A DNA stretch of 19,006 nucleotides. Source: Candidatus Sigynarchaeum calidifontis (GTDB lineage Archaea; Asgardarchaeota; Lokiarchaeia; Sigyniarchaeales; Sigyniarchaeaceae). The stretch is from positions 1 to 19,006 of the forward strand of contig JAUQYZ020000017.1 of NCBI GenBank assembly GCA_030587475.2, written 5' to 3'. The notes beneath the pieces were generated by a model that saw only the letters and a program-made list of their open reading frames with translations, had not been told where the DNA came from and searched no databases. Position numbers and translations under genes: made by a program. Positions 8,578 to 15,926 of the stretch are shown here, piece after piece (position 1 is the first letter of the stretch; every line of letters starts with the position of its first letter).

Positions 8578-9714
8578 ATGGCACGTTTACGATGGTTCCA
8601 TTACTTGATCGTCCTTCTCATTTTCCTGGTTCTCGCAGTCCTGGCTGGCGTCCCCCTGGAACCCCCAGCAACGAACGATTTCTGGTCGTGGATGCTCGTC
8701 GGCGCCTGGACCATGCTCGGCATGAAGCTCGCCGACAGCGCCGCCTACCTGCGCTCGTTCAACTCGATGCAGAACCACGCGCTGTTCGTGTTCTGGACAA
8801 ACTTCGCCGCCCTCGTCTTCGGTGCATGGGGCAACTTCACGACCATCCCGTATCTCGCCGAGCCGGTCGTGGAAGTGCCCGCCGGCTGGATCGTGGTGAA
8901 CTGGTGGTCGCTGCTCTTTTCGGTCCCGTACTTCCTTTATGGAACCTACGCGATTCACGCGTGCTTCCGCCGGTACTTCTACGTGTACATCTTTGGAAAA
9001 TCGGTGAACTCCAAGAAATTCGGCGTCTTCGTCGTCGTGTTCGATGTCGTCTTTGAAGCATTGTACCTCGCGTTTTTATTTTTCTGGTTCGGCTCCGTGG
9101 ATGCCCCGCTCGACCTCGTCTCCCGGCACGTGGACCCGGCCGGGATCCTGTTCTTGCTCGTGTCCATCATCATCGCGGCCAGGTACGGGCGGTCGCCGTC
9201 GATCCCCGACATCAGCGCCCCGCTGCCCTCGCCCGTCCGGGCACGTCCCAGGCCGCAACCGGCCGCGCCGGAGCCCGTCCAGCGCGTTGCCCAGCCCGTT
9301 GCCCAGCCCGTTGCCCAGCCCGCACGGCCCGTCCAACCGGCCAGGAGCTGGGACGCGGGCGTGGCGCGGCGGGTGAGCGTGCGGGTGGCCGCGCCGGAGG
9401 CGGTCCGCGTCGAGCGGGTCAACATCGACGAGTTGCGCCCGAAAGGCAGCGTGCTCTCGAAGGAAGACTTCAAGTGCATTTTTTGCTTCAATTTATTCAA
9501 GAGCCCGGACGATGACAACCGGGGGGTCGTGATCTGCCCGTCATGCCGCCATCCGGCACACGCTGACGAGTTCCGGGAGTGGGCGCGGAATTCGAGCTTG
9601 TGCTCCCGCTGCGACGCCAAACTCCCCGAAAATTTCCGGAAAAGGCCGCGGATCGTGAGCGTGAAGGTGTACCTGGACGGGATGAAGCGTTTATCGAGCC
9701 AGATCAAGGGCTGA
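8578..9714 (+). CDS. Polytopic membrane protein (~6 TM) with Pro-rich linker and C-terminal RING-like zinc finger; putative E3 ligase
   Basis: Six hydrophobic segments in the first ~200 aa, then CIFC-x16-CPSCRHPAHADEFREW-x6-CSRC at 9475-9612 with the conserved RING Trp. Last gene of the Ubl-E1-E2-JAMM operon. Confidence 0.82.
   Translation: MARLRWFHYLIVLLIFLVLAVLAGVPLEPPATNDFWSWMLVGAWTMLGMKLADSAAYLRSFNSMQNHALFVFWTNFAALVFGAWGNFTTIPYLAEPVVEVPAGWIVVNWWSLLFSVPYFLYGTYAIHACFRRYFYVYIFGKSVNSKKFGVFVVVFDVVFEALYLAFLFFWFGSVDAPLDLVSRHVDPAGILFLLVSIIIAARYGRSPSIPDISAPLPSPVRARPRPQPAAPEPVQRVAQPVAQPVAQPARPVQPARSWDAGVARRVSVRVAAPEAVRVERVNIDELRPKGSVLSKEDFKCIFCFNLFKSPDDDNRGVVICPSCRHPAHADEFREWARNSSLCSRCDAKLPENFRKRPRIVSVKVYLDGMKRLSSQIKG
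9286..9322 (+). repeat. 12-bp tandem repeat x3 (GTTGCCCAGCCC) encoding VAQP repeats in the E3 linker
   Basis: Three perfect copies directly visible. Confidence 0.9.
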
Positions 9715-11448
9715 TCGGCACCAGATACCCGACTTGCCAGCTGTGCTCGCCGGGATGATCAATATCGTGTCCCCATTTTCCACGTGGTACACCTTGATGG
9801 CACGGTTCTCGTCCATGGTAATCCCGCCGTAGACCAGGTGAAAGTCGGGAGGGAAAAGGCCAAAAATGTTGCCCACCGTATGCTTCAAACTCTCGATTTG
9901 CACGTTTTTATCTATTTCCAACTCTATTTGCTTCTCTCCGGGGCCTATCGTAGCTTGGAAAAAAACTTTAATGGTTTCTGTCTTGGAAACAGGCGTCTTG
10001 CTCGTGATCGCGATGCCGGCGCTATTTTCGGGCGTTTTCGCCCGTGGGGTCGCGGGGGGCACGCCGGCCATGGCTCCTGGCTGGCCCGCGGGCGCCGGCT
10101 CGGGCGTGGACGTGGCCGGGCCAGCAGGTGCGGACGTGACGCTGCTGCCGGGCTCTGCGTCCTTCTTGGGCCTGATCGAGAACGCGAACGTCTTGGCGAG
10201 CTCGTCGTAGAAGCGCCAGAGCTGCAGCAGGCTGGTGGCCTTCAAGTAATCCCCGCGGCCGATATCCCGCCCGAGCTTTTCCATGAGCAAGTCGTCCGCC
10301 TCCCCTAGGCCGATTGTGTAGATCACGACGCCTTCCTTCGTGAGGAATTCCCTCGCGACCGGGATGGGGTTCACGGGTATGCCGCTGGCCTCGTCGCCCT
10401 TGTTCGGGTTCCCGTCGCTGAGGAGGATGATCATGGTCGGGTCGGGCTTGCCCGTGCGTGGATTGACAGGAAATTGCGCGATTTGCTCCGCCGCGATCTT
10501 CAGCGCCACGCTCATCGCGGTCAAGCCGACCGCTTTCTTGGTTTTCTCCGTGATGTAGTATGCTAGCGTGTTCAAGTTCAAGTCTCGCAGCTTCCCGCTG
10601 CATTGTATCACGGGGGACAAGACCCCGTTGGTGTCCTCCATCTCGAGCACCTCAACCTCGTCGCCGAACGCGATGACTTGCACGTTCTCGCCGAGGCCAC
10701 GCTTGGCCTTGAGGCTCAAGTAAAGCAGCGATGCAGCCGCCGCGCTCGCGATGCGTGAGACGGTCGCCCCGTCCTGGAACTGGTTAAAGAACTCCTCCAG
10801 GTGGGATGCCATGGCATACTCGCCCTTCAGATAATCGATGATGCTGCTAACATCTTGCACGACGAAGTCCTCGCTGAGCATGGATCCCGAAACGTCGATG
10901 CACAAGATCGTGTTGAACCCCATCTCCTTGGCGGGCACGAGGTCGAACAAGATCTCCATGCCCGAGCTGTCGACGACGGCGACATCCCCGTCGCCGATCG
11001 ACGGGTTCGTGTCGATGATTTTCAATCGCAGCGGGCAGATCTCGGCATCTTTCCACTCGAGCTCCATGCCCTTGAACACCGGGCGGCGCTTCAGCAATTT
11101 CTGGATGCCGCTCACGTGCTCGGACACCCAGACGATGGCAGATTCGATGGGCACCTTGCCTTGCGAGTCGACCGAGATTTGCAGTTCCGTGATGCCGCCC
11201 CGTGTCGCGATCTTCCGGATGTCGACATCGGGCGAGCCGCCCATCTCCAACGAGGCGATGATCTCCTCGTCGACCACCATGGTACCGGGCGAGCAATCGT
11301 CGTCCGACACGACTTGCATGGCTGTCTTGATGCGTCCATCATCGCTCGGGATCACGACGACGTCAAAATCCTCCAATTTTCGGGTCTCCATGTCCTGGCG
11401 GTTCAGCTTGGCTTGGCCGCCCATGTGTCCTCCATTGATGAGCTGCAT
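9691..11448 (-). CDS. Cdc48/p97 N-domain-like + VWA (MIDAS) + linker + C-terminal ubiquitin-like domain protein
   Basis: The N-terminus resembles the archaeal Cdc48 N domain (GQAKLNRQDMETRKLEDFDVVVI...PGTMVVDEEIIASLEM...VDIRK; LKRRPVFKGMEL...LRLKIIDTNP). VWA motifs LCIDVSGSM, VIAFGD, GLTAMSVAL, ILLSDG and IYTIGLG. The C-terminal Ubl (9736-9966) is 43/77 identical by hand count to the free Ubl. Confidence 0.85.
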   Translation of the reverse strand: MQLINGGHMGGQAKLNRQDMETRKLEDFDVVVIPSDDGRIKTAMQVVSDDDCSPGTMVVDEEIIASLEMGGSPDVDIRKIATRGGITELQISVDSQGKVPIESAIVWVSEHVSGIQKLLKRRPVFKGMELEWKDAEICPLRLKIIDTNPSIGDGDVAVVDSSGMEILFDLVPAKEMGFNTILCIDVSGSMLSEDFVVQDVSSIIDYLKGEYAMASHLEEFFNQFQDGATVSRIASAAAASLLYLSLKAKRGLGENVQVIAFGDEVEVLEMEDTNGVLSPVIQCSGKLRDLNLNTLAYYITEKTKKAVGLTAMSVALKIAAEQIAQFPVNPRTGKPDPTMIILLSDGNPNKGDEASGIPVNPIPVAREFLTKEGVVIYTIGLGEADDLLMEKLGRDIGRGDYLKATSLLQLWRFYDELAKTFAFSIRPKKDAEPGSSVTSAPAGPATSTPEPAPAGQPGAMAGVPPATPRAKTPENSAGIAITSKTPVSKTETIKVFFQATIGPGEKQIELEIDKNVQIESLKHTVGNIFGLFPPDFHLVYGGITMDENRAIKVYHVENGDTILIIPASTAGKSGIWCRSALDLAR

Positions 11449-11454
11449 GGTCGA

Positions 11455-12573
11455 TCACGTGGGATGCTTGGTGCGAATCGAGTCCGAAGGCGCCTTCTCC
11501 CGTATCGCCCGCTTCTCCAGGTCGCCCCGGTACTTGTCGAGCGCGTCCCGCTCTTTCCGCAATTTCTCGTATTCCTTCTGGAGGCCATCCCGGTCTCGGT
11601 TGAATTTCTCCCGCTCCCGGTCGAGGTTATCGCGATCCCGCTGGATGTTATTTATTTCCTTCTGGGCGTCCTTCAATTCCCGGTTCTTCCGCGCGATCTC
11701 GTCATCCAAGGCATCGCGTTTTCTCGAGAGCGCGGGTATCTCGTCGTTGATACGCCGCAACTCGTCCCGTGCCTTGTCTTTTCGCCTCTCCAGGTCGTCG
11801 ATCTCGTTCTTGAGATGCTTCACCTTGTCCTGGTACCTTTCTATCTCGTTATCGAGGTCCCGCTTTTTTCTCTCGAGCTGCTTCTCGGCCTCGTCGACCC
11901 GCCTCGCCCGGCGATCGAGATCTTCCTCCATGTCACGGAGCTTGCGCTTGGCATCCTCGAGTTGCTTGCTGTTCCTCGCGAGGTCTTGCTTTTCCTTCTC
12001 GATCTGGCGCTGGACATCGGCGAGGTCGTCCTTGAGCTGCTTGTTGCGGTTGGCGAGTGCCTCGTTCTCGGCCGCGAGATTTTTTTTCCACTTCTCGAGC
12101 CCCTCTTGCTCGTTGCGCAGCACCCGGATGCGCCCCTCGCGCTCCTCCTTCTCGCTCTTGTATTTTTGCACGTCGTCGATCAGCTTGTTAACTTCTTGAT
12201 CGAGTCTTTTTTTATCTTCCCGGAGGTCCTCGATATCCTTTTCCATGATGCGCGATGCTTGTCTCTTCCGCTCGAGCTCGCGTTCCTCGTTCGCGATGAG
12301 CTTGCGCACGCCGCCGAGGTCGTTGGTGGCCTTCTCTTTCTCCTTGAGCAAGGCCTTGATCTCGTCCTCCTTTTCCTTCCGGCTGGCTTCCAGCTGCGCG
12401 ATGACATTCTTGTGGTCCTCGATGCGCTTCAAGATCTTCTCCCATTCCCGCCGCTCGCGTTCTAGCTTTGCACGCTCCTCTTCCATCCGGCGAGTCGCTT
12501 CATCTGGCTCTACAGCGTCGCCGGGTGTCTTGCTGGAGACTTGAAACTTCGGAGGGGGCTTGTTTGACATCAT
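11455..12573 (-). CDS. Long coiled-coil protein, unknown function
   Basis: About 340 aa of nearly uninterrupted E/K/R/D/L-rich heptads, no TM and no globular domain. Ends 6 nt before the VWA-Ubl gene. Start at ATG 12573 or 12570, or GTG 12576. Confidence 0.85.
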   Translation of the reverse strand: MMSNKPPPKFQVSSKTPGDAVEPDEATRRMEEERAKLERERREWEKILKRIEDHKNVIAQLEASRKEKEDEIKALLKEKEKATNDLGGVRKLIANEERELERKRQASRIMEKDIEDLREDKKRLDQEVNKLIDDVQKYKSEKEEREGRIRVLRNEQEGLEKWKKNLAAENEALANRNKQLKDDLADVQRQIEKEKQDLARNSKQLEDAKRKLRDMEEDLDRRARRVDEAEKQLERKKRDLDNEIERYQDKVKHLKNEIDDLERRKDKARDELRRINDEIPALSRKRDALDDEIARKNRELKDAQKEINNIQRDRDNLDREREKFNRDRDGLQKEYEKLRKERDALDKYRGDLEKRAIREKAPSDSIRTKHPT

Positions 12574-12735
12574 CACACCTTCATGAAACGCGTGAATGGC
12601 CTAGCCGGAATCCGGGACATCGGCGGGAATCGAGATCCTTAGTTCTTGTAGGTTTTTAGCCTAATAAATCATGCTCGCTTGCCGCGATGACTTTCAAGAC
12701 GAATGGAATGGTGGGGAAATAAAAAAAAAACAAGT

Positions 12736-13983
12736 CTATTCCATCGTTAGCCCGTAATAGATGCCGATCACGAAGAATGATGCCAGCGAATTTGCGAGAA
12801 ACTGCGGGTTGAAGAAATTACGCAGCAACAAGATCGACATGAAAGTTACGAGCAAGGAAACCAGGATGATGATCGCCTTTTTCCGCAAGATGCCCGTGGA
12901 CTGCCTCGCGACCTTGATGTAGGTGAGGACAATGTTCACCCCGACCAGGCCAAGGGCGACGACCCACACGTAAATGATCACGCCGAGCACGTCTTTCAAG
13001 CCCGGCGCGACCAGTAACACGAAAGCGAACACGATGATGAGCACCTCGGTGATCAACAGGAAGAAAGTCAGGTACGGGATTTTTTTGTTCTGGATATCCT
13101 TCTCGATCGTGTTGCTCATGAACATGAGGCTGCTACCGAGACATATGAATGTTAAAAATGTCAGCACGTTAGTCGTGAGAATCCCACCGAGCACCCATGT
13201 CGGCATGGCATTGAACGCCATGATGCCCGACCAGTCAAACGCAGGATCGAGGGCGCTCCAAAATGCCGAGAATTGCCAGGCGAACATGCCGATGCCACCC
13301 GCGATCAAGCCCCACGCGTAGTTCATGTACGAGTGCGCTTTCCCCTGTCGATCGGGATTTTTCCGCTCCTTCATTGCCTTGTACAAGAGCATGAACCCGA
13401 AGATGAAAAACATCATGTAAACGAGATTGAAAAAGACCGTCTCCATGGCATCGACGACGGGATTCCCCGTTCTCCACTTGAAAGAATACTGGGTGAGGGA
13501 GTCCAGCTCGTTCACGATCACGATGTAGAACACCATGGTGTAGAGCGGCTTCCCCTCCTTGTCGACCGTCGTGAAGTTCTCCATGCCCCAGTCCATCTTG
13601 AAATGCTGGTACGTGAGGTTGGTCTCAATGATGGACGTCTGGTGGGCCCAGGTTTTTTTCGGCACGAATTGCGACGAGTTCCAGTTCGAATTCAAGCCCT
13701 TGACCATCTCGGTCTCGTTGACGGCGTAGACCGACACCTTCTGTGTCGACCGGATCACCATGACATTCGTATCCGGCGTCAGCGTTATCCTCACTGGCGG
13801 GCCCGGCGGTTTCCCGTCCCACGTTTCGGCCAGGCGCTGCACGACGATGGCGGAGTTGGTCTGGCCTTTCGGGGCCAGATCCCCCCGGATCTCGTCCAAA
13901 GCTGCGACATTTTGCGCGATAAAAAAGAAAACAATGAAACCCGTGCATAGAATGAGCGCACGGGACCGGTTCGTGATTTTCAT
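12736..13983 (-). CDS. Membrane protein: signal peptide, ~150 aa extracellular domain, seven TM helices, no cytoplasmic output domain
   Basis: N-terminal hydrophobic stretch ending in VAA, a soluble beta-rich region with several NxS/T sequons (NET, NSS, NLT, NFT), then seven hydrophobic segments to the C-terminus. Confidence 0.75.
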   Translation of the reverse strand: MKITNRSRALILCTGFIVFFFIAQNVAALDEIRGDLAPKGQTNSAIVVQRLAETWDGKPPGPPVRITLTPDTNVMVIRSTQKVSVYAVNETEMVKGLNSNWNSSQFVPKKTWAHQTSIIETNLTYQHFKMDWGMENFTTVDKEGKPLYTMVFYIVIVNELDSLTQYSFKWRTGNPVVDAMETVFFNLVYMMFFIFGFMLLYKAMKERKNPDRQGKAHSYMNYAWGLIAGGIGMFAWQFSAFWSALDPAFDWSGIMAFNAMPTWVLGGILTTNVLTFLTFICLGSSLMFMSNTIEKDIQNKKIPYLTFFLLITEVLIIVFAFVLLVAPGLKDVLGVIIYVWVVALGLVGVNIVLTYIKVARQSTGILRKKAIIILVSLLVTFMSILLLRNFFNPQFLANSLASFFVIGIYYGLTME

Positions 13984-14201
13984 GTCGTTCCCTTTTCTTT
14001 GCCGTTATGTCTGGTTCATCAATTGAGAAATCGGTAGATAATTGTGAAAACGGGTAAATAAAAAGTCGCGCGATTCTCATTCGTTGGGATGGCGATGAGC
14101 CGCATCGTCTATCGAAGGAATTTACGAGGTATTTCCAAACTTAATTAAATCTCGCTTCACGGGTAACAACACAATATATTCCTAGATTCGAGCTGCAACC
14201 T

Positions 14202-14669
14202 ATGTCTTCCTCCACAGAGGCTATCACTTACCGGGTGAACATTTCGAGCAAAAACCGGAACGTGCAAATCACGATCGAGCCGCAAAAATTCATGAACGCG
14301 TTCCTCGGCAAAAAAATCGGGGATACCGTGAACGGCGGCCTCTTCGGATACGAGGGGTACGAGTTCACGATAACGGGCGGTTGTGACACGGCCGGTTTTC
14401 CGATGCGGAAGGACGTGCAAGGCGGCGTCAAGAAACGAATACTCGTCGGAAAGCCGAGTACCGGCATCAAGGCCAAGCGTTTCAACGAAGGTGATCGCAT
14501 CCGCATCCTCGTGCGAGGCAACACGGTCACCGACCAGATCGTGATGGTGAATTGCGTGGTATCGAAGGAAGGCAAGGTGAAACTCTTCGTGCCCAAGGAG
14601 GGCGATGCCGCCGCGCCCGCGGCCGAGGGTGACGAGAAAGACAAGGGCAAGAAAAAGAAAGAGAAATAA
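14202..14669 (+). CDS. rps6e: 30S ribosomal protein eS6
   Basis: FLGKKIGDTVNG, GYEFTITGGCDTAGFPMRKDVQG and VRGN motifs of S6e. Confidence 0.96.
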   Translation: MSSSTEAITYRVNISSKNRNVQITIEPQKFMNAFLGKKIGDTVNGGLFGYEGYEFTITGGCDTAGFPMRKDVQGGVKKRILVGKPSTGIKAKRFNEGDRIRILVRGNTVTDQIVMVNCVVSKEGKVKLFVPKEGDAAAPAAEGDEKDKGKKKKEK

Positions 14670-14685
14670 TAAAGGCGAATGACCC

Positions 14686-14868
14686 ATGGTAAAGAAACAA
14701 GTTTGCTCGTTTTGCCGGAATGAGATAGAATTTGGGCGAGGAACGATGCGCATCCTGAACGACGGCACGATCTTGGTTTTTTGCAGTGTCAAATGCAAGA
14801 CAGCAATGATAGAGCATAAAAAGAACCCGCGCAAGACGAAATGGACGCGCATCTACGGAACGGACTGA
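14686..14868 (+). CDS. rpl24e: 50S ribosomal protein eL24
   Basis: CSFC...GRGTMRILNDGTILVFCSVKC...KNPRKTKWT. Confidence 0.97.
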   Translation: MVKKQVCSFCRNEIEFGRGTMRILNDGTILVFCSVKCKTAMIEHKKNPRKTKWTRIYGTD

Positions 14869-14966
14869 ATTTTTCTCGTTATCCCCTTGTCTTCTAACAA
14901 ATGCGAGGTGCCCCGCCCTTTGCGAGGTCTTGACTTTCTGGCTTTGACAAGTTAAGTTAAGATAAA

Positions 14967-15749
14967 TTAAACGAACAAACGCCCGCCCGTCACGAGCAAC
15001 GACTGGCCAGTCATGTAATTGCTGTCGTCAGACGCCAGGAAGAATGCCACGCCCGCGACGTCGTCGGGCAGCCCCACGGGCTTGTGCTTGAAACATGGCT
15101 GCTCCCACTCGTTGGCCGATGCGAGATCCTCGACCGACGCCATGCCGTAGATCGGCGTCTTGATCACCCCGGGACAAATGCAGTTAACGGCGATGCGATA
15201 GCTGCCAAGCTCGGCCGCGAGCGTCTGCGTCAGGCTCACCACGCCGAACTTGGACGCAGAGTACGCGCCGAATAGCGCTCGCCCCCGCTTGCCCCGTTGC
15301 GACGACATGTTGATGATCTTCCCGCGCAGCATCCCGTCTGGTACTTCGCGTTTCATCATGCGCTTTGCGAAATATTTGCACATGAGGAAGACCGAGCGCA
15401 AGTTAACCGCCATGACCTTGTCCCAGTCCTCCTCCTTGGTCGAAATGACCCTGGCCATCGGGCCGCCGATACCTGCATTATTGACCAGCACGTCGAGCAC
15501 CGGGAACGCCGCGTAGTATTTCTCGACCATCTGTTGCACTTGCTCGCTGTTCGTCACGTCGGCGACCAGCACCAGGCTCTTCCGTCCAAGCGCCTCGATT
15601 TCCCGCGCGGTCGCCTCGGCCGCTTCCACCTTGATGTCGTTCACCGCCACGTCCGCACCTTCTCTCGCGTAACGCAAGGCGATAGCCTTGCCGATGCCCG
15701 ATCCCGCCCCTGTTATGAGCGTCGATTTCCCGTCTAGCCGATGTTCCAT
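14967..15749 (-). CDS. Short-chain dehydrogenase/reductase (classical SDR)
   Basis: TGAGSGIG, NNAG and YSASK catalytic motif, plus the C-terminal YMTGQSLLVTGG. Confidence 0.95.
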   Translation of the reverse strand: MEHRLDGKSTLITGAGSGIGKAIALRYAREGADVAVNDIKVEAAEATAREIEALGRKSLVLVADVTNSEQVQQMVEKYYAAFPVLDVLVNNAGIGGPMARVISTKEEDWDKVMAVNLRSVFLMCKYFAKRMMKREVPDGMLRGKIINMSSQRGKRGRALFGAYSASKFGVVSLTQTLAAELGSYRIAVNCICPGVIKTPIYGMASVEDLASANEWEQPCFKHKPVGLPDDVAGVAFFLASDDSNYMTGQSLLVTGGRLFV

Positions 15750-15926
15750 GCAATTTCACCCGTAGCTATGTTGGGTCAAGCTTTGAAATACCTATACATT
15801 ATGTCTTTGATGGCCTTTTTATATCGTGTTTCCAAGCCAAGGATGGATCGCGCGTGATGCCGGCTAACTAGGCAGGTATCGATGCAATCTAGATGTGAGA
15901 TAGGTGCTAAATGCACCGAGAATGCT

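Noticed and set aside
9691-11448. Calling the VWA protein Rpn10, Sec23/24 or Cdc48
   Set aside because: No UIMs, no Sec23 zinc finger and no AAA+ Walker motifs; the architecture fits none of them.
11455-11457. Selenocysteine recoding of the in-frame UGA
   Set aside because: No redox-motif context and no SECIS element that I can identify.
10801-12465. Long + strand ORFs of 554 aa and 453 aa
   Set aside because: Antisense shadows of the coiled-coil and VWA genes in high-GC DNA, with no recognisable motifs.
11455-12573. Calling the coiled-coil protein SMC, ESCRT-III or an intermediate filament
   Set aside because: No Walker motifs, hinge or recognisable family signature; generic heptads are not diagnostic.
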